63,371 nucleotides of DNA, filler included, from Octopus bimaculoides (GCF_001194135.2; 3 parts of 3 records of this genome joined end to end with filler, not necessarily neighbours in it), one strand, 5' to 3'. Positions 48,100 to 60,766 are shown, numbered from the whole stretch's first letter. Notes: generated by a model from the letters alone, not told the origin. Translations and numbers: made by a program.

Positions 48100-49408
48100 T
48101 TTCTTTAGGTAGGATATTGAACGTAAGGCTTCGATGACAATAGAGACAACCTACATGTTTGATTCTCGTAGCTGCCACAGCTTAGCGATTCCAATTGTCA
48201 GGTCACCATATTTAACAGTCTTTGTTTTTCTGTCTTTCATGATAATATGTTGCTTTCCTGACACTGGCACATGTCGATTATTAGGCATTCTTCCTTATCT
48301 CTCCTAAAGGTTACTGTTGTATCGCACGTTCGACGTACGATATATCGAGATAATGATAATAATAATATCTTCACAAATCGCTCTACTCAAGATGCTGGTA
48401 ATAACCATTGACAATACACAACTCTCGGCTTTGCTCTACAGCGCTGAAGGCTCTCTGTGTATGTCCATTTATATTGTGGCATAGTCCATTAGGAACCAAC
48501 CAATGGGGGAGTTATACTTCCACACAGCAGTTACTACATTTGACCTTCGGTGCTCTAACTCCTTGTCTGTCTGGAAGTCAAAGTCCCAGAAGATCTTTAC
48601 TTTCTCCTGTTGGTCCATTAAATTTTTCCGGTGTATGTTACTCTTTCTGCGCAAGACTTTCACAAGCTCTAACAATGTGAGTCACACTTTCCACCCTCTT
48701 CCCACACATTCTGCAGAGGTTCGTTGCAGTTGTGTGGTGTATATATATATATCTTCGGCGAGTTGGGATTCAATGCCTGGCCCTGGGCCGCGAAGATTAG
48801 GATTCCAGTCTTCTCTTTCAGGTCACCCTTGCTCAGCCACTTCTATGATGCTTACTTTTAAGTTTTACTTTCATGGTAGAACTGATCGTGTAATTCCATG
48901 GGGAGTAGAATTTCCTCTCTCTCAAAGGCTATTCGTGATCGGAATTCATTAGCTCTCTCAAGTTCATTACTAGTAAAATATTCTGCATTAATAGAATACT
49001 GCAGAAGGTCTTGTTTGCTGTTTACCGAATACTCTACCACGTTTCTTCTTTCATTCTTGATGTCCTCCTGTTCGCTAATCCGGCCAAGTCCACATTTACA
49101 CCTCTTCGCGTAGAGCATATGTACGGTCGCTTTAGGGTTGGGTACACCATGCATTGCCAACGTCCTTCGAGTAGTGCTATCGAGTTGGTAAATCTCCACT
49201 CGTGTCCATTTCAGAACCGGGTGCACTATAGAGCAGCAACCCATACGGTGATGGCAGTCACATTGTTCCTTGCTTGAGTTTTGGCTTCAAGAAACGTTTG
49301 AGGAGCTTCAAATATGCAGTGGTGATCTTGCTTTCATTTCTCTGCAGATATTGTCAAGCTCCAGGATCCCCAGGTACCTATCATCATCCAGATCTTCCAT
49401 TCGCTCCC

Positions 49409-49410
<2 letters not shown>
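48100..49410 (-). mobile_element. Second R4/Dong-type fragment (RT thumb plus RLE), 5' end abutting (TAA)n
   Basis: RYLGILELDNI, LKWTRVEIYQLD, KIFWDFDFQTDKELEHRRS and KYGDLTIGIAKLWQ; (TTA)n at 49411-49495. Confidence 0.8.
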
Positions 49411-49495
<85 letters not shown>

Positions 49496-49504
49496 CATCA
49501 TTAT

Positions 49505-49745
49505 TATATTGAGTGAGAGAGCAGTGCATGCCATCAAAGTGACGCTGGGGTAAAATATACGAAGCCTAGTATACCCATCATGACTACCCGTCTGATAAGG
49601 GTACACCAGGCACATGCATCACAACCATATGTGCGCGACATGGTGATCTCATATCAAGATAAACAGTGCATGGACGCAGAATTTGTCTGAGGTCCAGTAA
49701 CTCATCTCACTCATAAGGTCCCTGAATAAGGGTTGTTTAAGGATG
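49505..49745 (-). mobile_element. Interspersed repeat, likely a non-LTR 3' UTR with a (TAA)n tail
   Basis: Near-identical copy at about 53650-53885 (AGTGAC.CTGGGGTAAAATATA...GGGTACACCAGGCACATGCATCACAACC). Confidence 0.6.
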
Positions 49746-51828
49746 TTGAACTAAACACTCATGTTTCCAAATGTGAATTATCCAGACCCCAAATAATTCT
49801 TTTCGAAACAGCTATGATGCTCCCTGTTGTTGTTGTCGTTATTGTTGTTTTTTTTTGTTTTTTTTTTAGTGCTGTTGCTGTTGCTGTTAAGCCACAAGTT
49901 AATCTTGATGTAGAAGAGACAAGATCAAATGCATTCGATTCAGACAATCATGTTTTAAGCAGACCTAATGCATCATAAATTGAAATATCAATCTATGTGT
50001 TCAGGTGAGGTGAAATGGATTTTGGTTGTTATTTCTAGTTAGTCAAGAGGACGGCTTGTGTCCCTCTCATCGGTTCCCACTAATTGGTCTAAATCGTGAC
50101 CAAATTATTTGGATATACATTGGCCTCTTATGCAATGATTCATTTATGTCTAAGTAAATATACTGGAACTAATGAGTATCCCTTTAGAAAGCGCTCGGGT
50201 AGGTAGGAGACGCATCTACTCGTATATAATTAATTAACCAGTTTGGCCGAATACAATGAAGCTTCAATATAAATCCGCATTCAATTCACCGTTCAATAGT
50301 AAAGGTATTGTTATTGAGACATATCCGGGTATGGTTGGTTTGTTCAAGTATTGTTCATGGTAAATTTCTCTAGATATGGTTTCACGGTATTGTTTCTTGC
50401 TATTATTCCTTGCCAATGATAGTGACAGTTAATAGGTGACGTAATTAACGCGTTACGTAATTAACGAGCGTTTCTTAATATTGTTATGCTGATGTGAATT
50501 CTCCATGAATACCTACTCTGCAGTTTTGCTCTATAAAACCAATTCTCTGATTATCGCACCGTAGTCAGATCAATGTGGATTATTGAACGAATGAATATAT
50601 AAAAGAATGAAGGAATGAATGAATGAATGTATGAATGAATGAATGAATCAGGAAATAAATAAATATTTGGTTCGGAAGAGGTTTTCATTGATTAGCTAAC
50701 GATATTAAATGGCGCCCGTATTTTATCATAAAATAATTTAGTGAAGTTTTATTTAAAATATACTAAATGTTTATAGCTTTTCATTTCGTATTCTGTAAGA
50801 TTAGCAGTACTGTAGCAAACACATAAAACAATAAAGCAGCATTTTCAATGATAATTGCGTTTATATGATCGAAGATGTGACATTGAGTGCAACTTGTTAT
50901 AACTCACTATGTAATGGGAAATCACAATATCAGAAAAATATTTTCCTCCAAACTTGTTAAGTGCAATTGTGTCAACATAACAGTCCTTGAGATATTGTAC
51001 TGAAAAGATTAGTGCAGTATTACAGCGTTTCATTGACGATATATCTTGTGATATCTAACAGGACTAATGATATTTGAGAAGAGGAAATGGAAAAATGATA
51101 AATGAAATTGATGCTGGTGAGGATAATATTACTAAAAGTCTAATATAAAAGCAATATCTGAGACAATATCCTTTTATCGCAATAGTTGTGTAATATTGAA
51201 GACATCAGAGGAAAACAAAGAGAGAGAGAAAGAGGGAGAGAGAGAGAGGGAGAGAGAGAGAGGGAGAGAGGGAGGGAGTGAGAGAGGGAGAGAGAGAGAA
51301 GATAAAATGGGGGATAGTGAAAAAGTGTGAAACCAAGAGATAAACAGGCAGAACCATAGTAAGAGAATGAGAGAGAAAAAGATTTTGGTTTTGAGAGAAA
51401 GGGAAAGAGAGTGAGAGAAAGAGAGTGAGAGAAAGAGCGAGATAGGTAGGAGAGATTTATTGTAAGGTGTATAACATCAATAAATCTCGAATAGATATGA
51501 GTTTCGAATAATATTTTAATTTATAACAATTTCCGGGTCTAAACAGATACGTTTTCACTCTTAGGGTAGCTTACAAAACGCACACACACGTATATACACG
51601 TATAAACGTGTCTATATGTTTATATATGTATGTATGTGTGTGTGTGCGTGTTTTTGTGTGTATGTATGTATGCATGTATGTATGTATGTATGTATGTATG
51701 TGTGTGCGTGTTTGTGTGTGTGTGTGTGTACGCCTTTTTGTATGTGTGTGTGTCTGTGTGTGTGTGTGTGTTTGTGTGTGTGTGCGTGTATTGGTGTGTG
51801 TTTGTGTTTGAGCCCAGCTGCACATCTT

Positions 51829-51905
51829 TCCATCTATCTTGTCCCCATCTATCTTGTCCCCATCTATCTTGTCCCCTTCTATCATGTCTCCATCTATCTT
51901 GTCTT
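51829..51905. repeat. 15-bp minisatellite (CCATCTATCTTGTCC) x5
   Basis: Direct reading; explains the DKIDG repeats in ORF 51571-51912. Confidence 0.85.
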
Positions 51906-52414
51906 CACTCATCCATCAATCCAGACATATATACATAAATATATACATACATACATGCATACATACATACATGCGAGCTTCTGCACACAATTTGTTCCTC
52001 CGGTCATTGATCACTTTTGATTTTCTCACAACACACCTTAAACATTAAGATGTTCCTAATGTTTGCCTTATAACTCAACATTCAATAAACATCAGTTAAC
52101 AGATGCACCATCGATCAGACCAACAAAGACAGAAACCGAATGTATCTCAATGTCAACACTATAATCGTATGAAATAACTGCATATCGCACGGGGGCGTCG
52201 AGGTAGGCACTTATTTAGTTACCCTTATCAGATAGAATCAAATGTAGCTATCCATGATGTCTGAACTCATGTTGATGTATACATATACATACTTACATAC
52301 ATGTATATGTATGTGTGTATATATATGTGTGATATATATTTATATATGTGTGCATGTATGTATGTATGTCTATGCATGTATGTATGTGTATGCATGTATG
52401 TATATGTGAATATG

Positions 52415-52514
52415 NNNNNNNNNNNNNNNNNNNNNNNNNNNNNNNNNNNNNNNNNNNNTTAATTAATTAANNNNNNNNNNNNNNNNNNNNNNNNNNNNNN
52501 NNNNNNNNNNNNNN
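52415..52514. other. Synthetic scaffold linker (44 N + TTAATTAATTAA + 44 N)
   Basis: Identical to 27057-27156. Confidence 0.9.
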
Positions 52515-52515
52515 G

Positions 52516-53150
52516 TTACCTTTAATGGTAAACTCAGTTGCCCACAGTGGGTTAATAGATGTTAACCCAGTGCCTGACAGTGGGCTAATGGATGTTAACC
52601 CAGTGCCTGACAGTGGGCTAATGGATGTTAACCCAGTGCCTGACAGTGGGCTAATGGATGTTAACCCAGTGCCTGACAGTGGGTTACTGTATATTACTTT
52701 TAATGGTAAACTCAGTTGCCCACAGTGGGTTAATGGATATTAACTTGAGAGGTAAGCCCCAGGGCCTACAATGGGTTACTGGATGTTAATCAGTGAGATA
52801 AACTCAGTGCTATATTGTGGGTTACTCAACGTTAATTTAAATGGTAACCCCTCTGGGTCCACTGGTGAGTTACTGGCCGTAAGTCCTGTTGTAAACCCTA
52901 TGTGAATCATTTGGTGTTAAATTCTGTTGTAAATCCTTTGTCCTGAAAATGGTTTAGAACCGCTGGGCTAAAACCACTGCTATGTAGTGGGTCCCTGAAT
53001 GTGAACTTCAGTGCTAAACCCTAAGGTCCAGAAGTGGGTTACTAGAAGTTCAGTTCTTTTGTAAACATTGTCCCTGTCAGCTTCAGTTTGCTAAACCTTA
53101 TGGCTCCGCTGTGAGCTACCGGATGTTCTGTGGTAACCCTTAGGGACCAT
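52516..53150. repeat. 33-bp minisatellite (GATGTTAACCCAGTGCCTGACAGTGGGCTAATG) x4 followed by degenerate copies
   Basis: Four near-perfect units at about 52558-52690, bracketed by 45-bp direct repeats at 52516-52560 and 52694-52738. Confidence 0.85.
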
Positions 53151-53224
53151 AGTATTCGAGGATACAGGGAATTCTGTAATGCCCTAAATAATTTGGTTCA
53201 AATGATGTCATGTTATTGTCCTGG

Positions 53225-54308
53225 TTAAAATGCTTAGCGGCATTTGTTTTTTGGTGTCTGCATTCTGAGTTCAAATTCTGCGGCGATTCTCTTTCACCCT
53301 CATGGGATCGATGAAATAAAATACCAGTGAAATACTGGGGTCGGTGGTATTAACTAGCCCACTCCCCCAAATTTTGGGCCCTGTTCTGAAAATTAGGAAG
53401 TTATTATTTCAGGTGGGACACTGGCAGAATCGTTAGCATATCGGACACAATGATTAGCAGCAATTTGTCCATTTTTAAGATCTGAGTTCAAATTCCACTG
53501 AGGTTGACTTTGCCTTTCATCTTTTCGGGGGTCAATAAAATAAGTACCAGTTGTACACTGGGGTTGATGTAATCAACTTACCCCTTCCCCGATATTGCTT
53601 GTTTTGTGCCAAAATTTGAAGTCATTACTGTTATAATTATTTTTTTGCCATCAGAGTGACACTGGGGTAAAATATATGAAGCCCTGTATTCCCACCATGA
53701 CCACCTGTCTGATAAGGGTACACCAGGCACATGCATCACAACCACATGTGCGCGACATGGTGATCTCATATCAAGATTAACAGCGCATGACCTCACAGGT
53801 GGGGCCCAGTTAGAATATTCTTCAGGTCGAGCAGCCCATCCCCGTCAAAAGGTCCCTGAATAAGGGTTGTTTAAGGATGTTGAACGACTCCCCCCCCNNN
53901 NNNNNNNATTTCTCTCAACACATGGCTCTCAACAACTACTTCTACTTGTAATCAGAGATGCACATATCATCAGCCACCAAGGGACATGCTCAACTGGTTA
54001 CGGTCAAGCAAATGACAAGCAAATCTGTGGTATTGAGCAGAATATTTGCTGTAGCTCATCTTTTTATACCAAGACAAAACAATGTACATGATAACACTTC
54101 CAATCAGTTAAGACCAGAAGCCATGAGAGCCACTGCCTGATACTGCATCAGGGCATTTATTATTATTATTAAGGCAGCAAGTTCAAATTCCGCTTGCCTT
54201 TCATCCTTTTGGGGGTCGATGAAATAAGTACCAGTTACGCACTGGGGTCGATGTAATCGACTATGCCCCTCTCCCAAATTTTCAGGCCTTGTGCCTATAG
54301 TAGAAAGG

Positions 54309-54349
<41 letters not shown>

Positions 54350-54732
54350 GAAGACATTGAGCTAGCAGAACCATCAGCACACTGGATCACACGCTCAGTA
54401 GCATTGCGCCCATCGCTGCATTCTGAGTTCAAACTCCACCAAAGTCAACGTTGCCTTTCGTCCTTTCGGAGGTCGATAAATTAAGTATCAGTTATGCACT
54501 GGGGTCGATGTAATTGACTATCCCCCTTCCCCGAATTTTCAGGCCTTGTGCCTTTAGTAGAAAGGATTATTATTATTAGAAAGTGGTGAGCTGGCAGAAT
54601 TGTTGGCTTGTCGAGCAAAATGCTTAGCAGCAATTCATATATCTTTCAGTACCAGTTACAAACTGGGGGGGTCGATGTAATCCACTTAATCTCTCCCCCC
54701 AAATTTCAGGCCTTGTGCATACAGTAGAAAAA

Positions 54733-54781
<49 letters not shown>

Positions 54782-55577
54782 GTAAGGTGGTGAACTGACA
54801 GAATCGTTAGTATGCCAGGTGAAATGCTTATTGGTATTTCGTCCATCTTTTTCATCTGAGTTCAAATTCCACCAAGGTCGACTCTGCCTTTCATCCTCTC
54901 GGGGTTGATAAAATAAGTACCAGTTGAGCACTGGGGGTCTATGAAATCGACTTACCCTCTCACCATAAATTTTAGGTTTTGTGCTTATAGTAGAAAGGAT
55001 TATTATTATTATTATTATCATTATTATTATTATTATTCAGTAGTTTTATTTTTATAGCGTGCTTTCACTTCACTACCGAGTGCAGCTCTGTGCGCCTTGG
55101 GTATGTGCTGTGGTTTGCTGTGGTGCTCTTATGGTTACTGTATTGAAAGTGTTTTGCGTAGGATGTGTGCAGTGCCCAGTAGTGCAATTTTCTGTATGTT
55201 ATATATATTTGTAAGTCCTGGTGTTTTTGTTATGTATTTGTCTGAATATTTTTTTATTATACCTAAGGCACCTACTATGATAGGAATTGTTTCTGTTTTT
55301 AGATTCCACATTCGAGTTACCTCTATTTCCAGGTCTTTGTATTTTGAAAGTTTTTCCATTTCTTTTAGAGAAACGTTGTCATCTGCTGGTATTGATACAT
55401 CACTTAGAAAGCAGTTTTTTGCTTCATAATCTCTGGCAACTATATCTGGTCTATTTGCCTTAATTTCTCTGTGTGTATTGGCATGTCTTAGAGTATGGTT
55501 GCTTTCTCGTTTTCTGTGACCTTTTTCTGGCGTGTGCCTATGCCATCTTTTTTCTGTTGCTATTCCATAGTGTTGGC

Positions 55578-55612
<35 letters not shown>

Positions 55613-56930
55613 TTTATTTTTATTAAAGCTGAGCCGTTAAATTGTTTAGTAGGACTGAGAGAGCAAGTTGGAAAAAAAAATGACTTGTGGTATTTATTTT
55701 TGTTTCGTAGTCCCTTTCTGAGTTCCCTAATCTTTCCTCAGGCTACAGTTTCTGTCTACCGAATCTACTCAGTAGGCTTTAGTCAGGCCAGGGCTGTAAT
55801 TGGAAGCCGCTTGCCCCATGGTGCCATGCTGTGGTACTGAACCCTGGACTGTGTGATTGGGAAGCATACTTCTTGACCACACAGCCTAGTCTGCAACTGT
55901 ATGTGCATGTGTGTGTAATTTTGATAGAAGGGAATTCCAATGACCCCAGTTCGTGACTAGTGCCTTTATTTTATTGACCCCCAGGAGGATGAAAGGCAGT
56001 GTCGACCGTGTCAGAATTTGAACTCAGAAAGTAAAACCGGAAGGAGATGCTGCTGCTAAGCTAACAATTCTGCCAGCTCAATGCTACAATAATAATAATA
56101 ATAATCCTTCCTGTTATAGGCACAAAGGCCTGAAATTTGGGCATTGTGTGTGTGTGTGGGGGGGGGGGGTTGGAAAGTAGTTGATCATGTCAAATGTATG
56201 TCTGACTGGTATTTCATTTTATCCATCCACCCCCACCCGAAAAGGATGAACGGCAAAGTTGACCTCGGTTAGATTTGAATTCCGTGTGTAAAAAATAATA
56301 ATAATTANNNNNNNNNNTGCATACTGGGGTCGATGTAATCAACAAGTCCCCTTCCCCAAAATTTCAGGCTGTGTGCCTATAATAGAAAGGATTTCCGCCG
56401 GGGTCGATAAATCAAGTACCAGTTACATACTGGGGTCGATGTAATCAACTTAATCCCTTTGTCTGTCCTTGTTTAGCCCCTTGTGGGCAATAAAGAAATA
56501 ATAATAATTATTATTATCATTATTAATGCAGGACAAAATGCAGCTCTTTTTTCCAGCTCTTAGCTTAAAGGTCGACTTTGCCTTTCGTGCTTTTGGTGGT
56601 GGTGGGGGGGGGCCGATAAAATAAGTACCAGTTGTGTACTGGGGTCAATGTGGTGAACAACTTATGTCCCTCCGCAAAGAATTCCAGGCCTTGTGCCTAT
56701 AATAGAAAGGATTGTAATTACGAATATGACAGCGAGCTGGCAGAATGCTTAGCAGTGTTTCATGTCAAGTTCTGAGTTCAAATCCTTGCCGAGTCTGACT
56801 TTGGCCTTTTATCCTTTTGGGGTTGATAAAATTAGTACCAGTCAAATTCCTGGAGGCGCCGGGTGTCAACATGATTGACTACCTCTTCTCCACAAATGTC
56901 AGGCTTTATGTCTATTGTAGAAAGGGTTGT
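53225..56930. mobile_element. Cluster of about 12 family B SINE copies separated by (ATT)n tracts
   Basis: Plus-strand copies at about 53225, 53410, 54172, 54350, 54580, 54783, 56318, 56395, 56555 and 56720; minus-strand copies at about 55915 and 56100. Confidence 0.8.
55040..55570 (-). mobile_element. Young 5'-truncated R4/Dong-type element (RLE C-terminus plus 3' UTR) within (TAA)n
   Basis: REIKANRPDIVARD...EKLSKYKDLEIEVTRMWNLKTETIPIIVGALG...IALLGTAHILRKTL*; (TTA)n on both sides. Confidence 0.85.
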
Positions 56931-56932
56931 TG

Positions 56933-56986
<54 letters not shown>

Positions 56987-58423
56987 TGAATGCCAGATCC
57001 TAAGGATTGTTAGCACCCGGGTGCCTTCTGGTGTTTTGGTTTTGGCCTCCCTGTTAGATCCTATTCCAAGCTTCNNNNNNNNNNNNNNNNNNNNNNNNNN
57101 NNNNNNNNNNNNNNNNNNNNNNNNNNNNNNNNNNNNNNNNNNNNNNNNNNNNNNNNNNNNNNNNNNNNNNNNNNNNNNNNNNNNNNNNNNNNNNNNNNNN
57201 NNNNNNNNNNNNNNNNNNNNNNNNNNNNNNNNNNNNNNNNNNNNNNNNNNNNNNNNNNNNNNNNNNNNNNNNNNNNNNNNNNNNNNNNNNNNNNNNNNNN
57301 NNNNNNNNNNNNNNNNNNNNNNNNNNNNNNNNNNNNNNNNNNNNNNNNNNNNNNNNNNNNNNNNNNNNNNNNNNNNNNNNNNNNNNNNNNNNNNNNNNNN
57401 NNNNNNNNNNNNNNNNAAAAAAAAAAATGTGTATGCATTTGTAAAAATGTATGAATTTTTATTATCTTCCCTCTTTTCTTCTCCCTACTGTTTTATCTTG
57501 TTTTTTATCTCTTTCATATATTTTTTTTTTTTTTAATCTTAAATTATTATTTTTTTCTTTTTCGAAACAGCAGTTTGTTACTCCAGAGATGAAATAAAAA
57601 TGATTTATTGTTGGCTGGGAGCTGTAACCAGTTTTCGGCATCTTGAGTTATTTTTGTCTTTTTTTTTTGTTTTGTATTTGGAATGTTGATCAGTGGGTTG
57701 GAATGGCCCTAAATTAAGTACTGAACTGGTCATTTAACCCTTCACCTAACCTGGTCATATTTCCCCGGTGTCCACTCTATGGAGTGGTTGGCGTTAGGAA
57801 GGGCATCCGGCTGTAGAAACTCTGATTTGGCAGAGTTTCTACAGCTGGATGCCCTCCCTAACACCAACCACTCTGAGAGCGTAGCGGGTGCTTTTTCCAT
57901 GCCACTGGTGCAGGAGCCAGTCATGTGGGCCTGGCATCGATTGCATTCGGATTGTGCTAAAAACCCTGCCAAAATAAACGCAGTAGCCTGGGGTCGTCTT
58001 CCTGACTGGCTCCTACCAACTGTCGTATCAACGTATGCATTGAAGATGGATGTTAAATGATAATAATGTCCCCACATATTCCCCAGTTTTTTTTTTTCAA
58101 ACCACCCAAGTAATTTGGGTTAATGTCACAAGCTTGCTATAAAGGCACATTTTGTATAATCCTTTAACGTCACTCTATAACTGTCTCTTCTAACAGACCT
58201 GCTTAACCCTTTGCCTGTCCTGTGTATCACATGTGAAACACAGGAAACATTTCCCTGGCAACCCCTGCATCATATATGATAGACATACCCAGTTTTTTCA
58301 AACACCAGAATAATTTAGGACTTCAGAAAGGTAAGTTTTATATTAACTTAGAATGTATGATAGATCAACAAAAAGTCTGGAAACGGAAGTACATTTAGGA
58401 CTAACTTATGAAAATGGTTTGGA

Positions 58424-58594
58424 CAGGCGCAGGAGTGGCTGTGTGGTAAGTAGCTCGCTCGCTTACCAATCACATGGTTCTGGGTTCAGTCCCACTGTGT
58501 GGCACCTTGAGCAAGTGTTTTCTACTATAGCCTCGGGCCGACCAAAGCCTTGTGAGTGGATTTGGTAGACGGAAACTGAAAGGAGCCCGTCGTA

Positions 58595-58627
<33 letters not shown>

Positions 58628-59547
58628 NNNNNNNNNNNNNNNNNNNNNNNNNNNNNNNNNNNNNNNNNNNNNNNNNNNNNNNNNNNNNNNNNNNNNNNNN
58701 NNNNNNNNNNNNNNNNNNNNNNNNNNNNNNNNNNNNNNNNNNNNNNNNNNNNNNNNNNNNNNNNNNNNNNNNNNNNNNNNNNNNNNNNNNNNNNNNNNNN
58801 NNNNNNNNNNNNNNNNNNNNNNNNNNNNNNNNNNNNNNNNNNNNNNNNNNNNNNNNNNNNNNNNNNNNNNNNNNNNNNNNNNNNNNNNNNNNNNNNNNNN
58901 NNNNNNNNNNNNNNNNNNNNNNNNNNNNNNNNNNNNNNNNNNNNNNNNNNNNNNNNNNNNNNNNNNNNNNNNNNNNNNNNNNNNNNNNNNNNNNNNNNNN
59001 NNNNNNNNNNNNNNNNNNNNNNNNNNNNNNNNNNNNNNNNNNNNNNNNNNNNNNNNNNNNNNNNNNNNNNNNNNNNNNNNNNNNNNNNNNNNNNNNNNNN
59101 NNNNNNNNNNNNNNNNNNNNNNNNNNNNNNNNNNNNNNNNNNNNNNNNNNNNNNNNNNNNNNNNNNNNNNNNNNNNNNNNNNNNGATTCGACTAAAAAAG
59201 GCGGTGCTCCAGCCTAGTAGTCGACCCCAGGACATATTCTTTGGAAGCCTAGTACTTATTCTATCGGTCTCTTTTTGCTGAACCGCTAAGTTACGGGGGA
59301 CCTAAACACACCAGCATCGGTTGTCAAGCGATGTTGGTGGGGTACAAATACAGACACACACACACATACACATATATATATATGTACACGACGGGCTTCT
59401 TTCAGTTTCCGTCTACCAAAAATACTCACAAGGCTTTGGATCGGCCCGAGGCTATAGTAGAAGACACTTGCCCAAGGTGCCACGCAGTGGGAATGAACCC
59501 GGGACCATGTGGTCGGTAAGCAAGCTACTTACCACACAGCCACTCCT
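58424..59547. mobile_element. Inverted pair of family A SINEs (+ head 58424-58627; - copy 59184-59547) separated by an N gap
   Basis: Heads are reverse complements of each other. Confidence 0.8.
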
Positions 59548-60039
59548 AAATACTCTCATGTCACACTATAACTGTCTCTTCTAACGAAACTGCTTAACCA
59601 TTTGCCTGTCCCTTGTATCACATATTAATACACAGGACATAGTTTCTTGGAATACAGCCATGGATTTACAATATAGAACAGAGAGGAACCACAACCTTGG
59701 CCCCTACCACAAGAATACACAGAGCTCTTCACTAATCTCAGTAATATTGTTAGCCTGGTGTACAAACAGAGAGCTTATGCAATAATCTGCCCAGATTGAT
59801 AATCCCTTAATAATTCTGGAGTGTATTTATTCTTGATTCCGTCATTTGACTGCGGTCATGCTGGAGTCCCACCTTTAGTCGAACATTCTTTGTAAGCCTA
59901 CTACTTTATTTCATTAATTAGCCATATAGGCTTTACACAGAATGGCCGTAGCTAGGGCTGGACAATGACAAAATGTAGAATGAAAGGATGATACATATGA
60001 AAAATGAGAGGGGCGCCGACGCCCACAGATCAGCAACCC

Positions 60040-60298
60040 CTCCTACTACTTATTCTATCAGTTTCTTTTGCTGAACCGCTAATGTTACGGGGACGTAAAC
60101 ACACCAACATTGGTTGTCAAGTGATGGTGGTGGGTACAAATACAAACACACATGCATACAACTGGCTTCTTTCAGATTCCGTCTACCAATTCCATTCACA
60201 AGGCTTTGGTCAGCCCGAGTCTATAGTAGAAGACACTTGCCCAAGGTGTCGCACAGTGGGACTGAACCCGCAACCATGTGGTTAGTAAGCAAGCTACT
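60040..60298 (-). mobile_element. Family A SINE whose head is cut at the TIR element boundary
   Basis: Ends at ...AAGCAAGCTACT, where the consensus would continue TACCACACAGCC. Confidence 0.75.
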
Positions 60299-60766
60299 GG
60301 CGATCTTTCGATACTAGTCCACCACAACTTCCGGTTGTTGCGCGCACGCATACTGATTACATGATCGTATAGTGTGTTTATGTGTTTAAATGACTTGAAA
60401 ATATGAAAAGACAACATTAAATAGAAACTCAAACCTTCTCCCCCCTCAGATGCATACAGTTCTCAAACTTTAAACACATAAACACACTATACAATCATGT
60501 AATCAGTATAGGGAGGAGATACGCCACTGTGGAGGTGCGCTTCACAACGGAGGAGGAAGCAAATAAAGCACTCCACAGGGGCAATAAGGACAGAGGAATG
60601 GGTGCTCTTGCCTTCGTACTGCGGCAAACGTGTGGCCAAGGTGCGAGTGAGTAAGGTGCCATCCGAACTGAAACTTTAAACACATAAACACACTATACGA
60701 TCATGTAATTAGTATGCGTGCGCGTAACGACCGGAAGTTGTGGTGGACTAGTATCGAAAGATCGCC
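60299..60766. mobile_element. Long-TIR non-autonomous element (92-bp TIRs) containing a captured Tx1-type ORF1 fragment
   Basis: 60299-60390 versus 60675-60766 is 89/92 inverted identity; 60511-60673 encodes GRRYATVEVRFTTEEEA/IKHSTGAIRTEEWVLLPSYCGKRVAKVRVSKVPSELK. Confidence 0.85.

Noticed and set aside
51571-51912. ORF with DKIDG repeats
   Set aside because: Translation of a 15-bp minisatellite plus (CA)n.
52525-52743. Regularly spaced repeats (33-bp and 84-bp) as a CRISPR-like array
   Set aside because: No unique spacers between the 33-bp units, the 84-bp units are coding fingers, and the context is eukaryotic.
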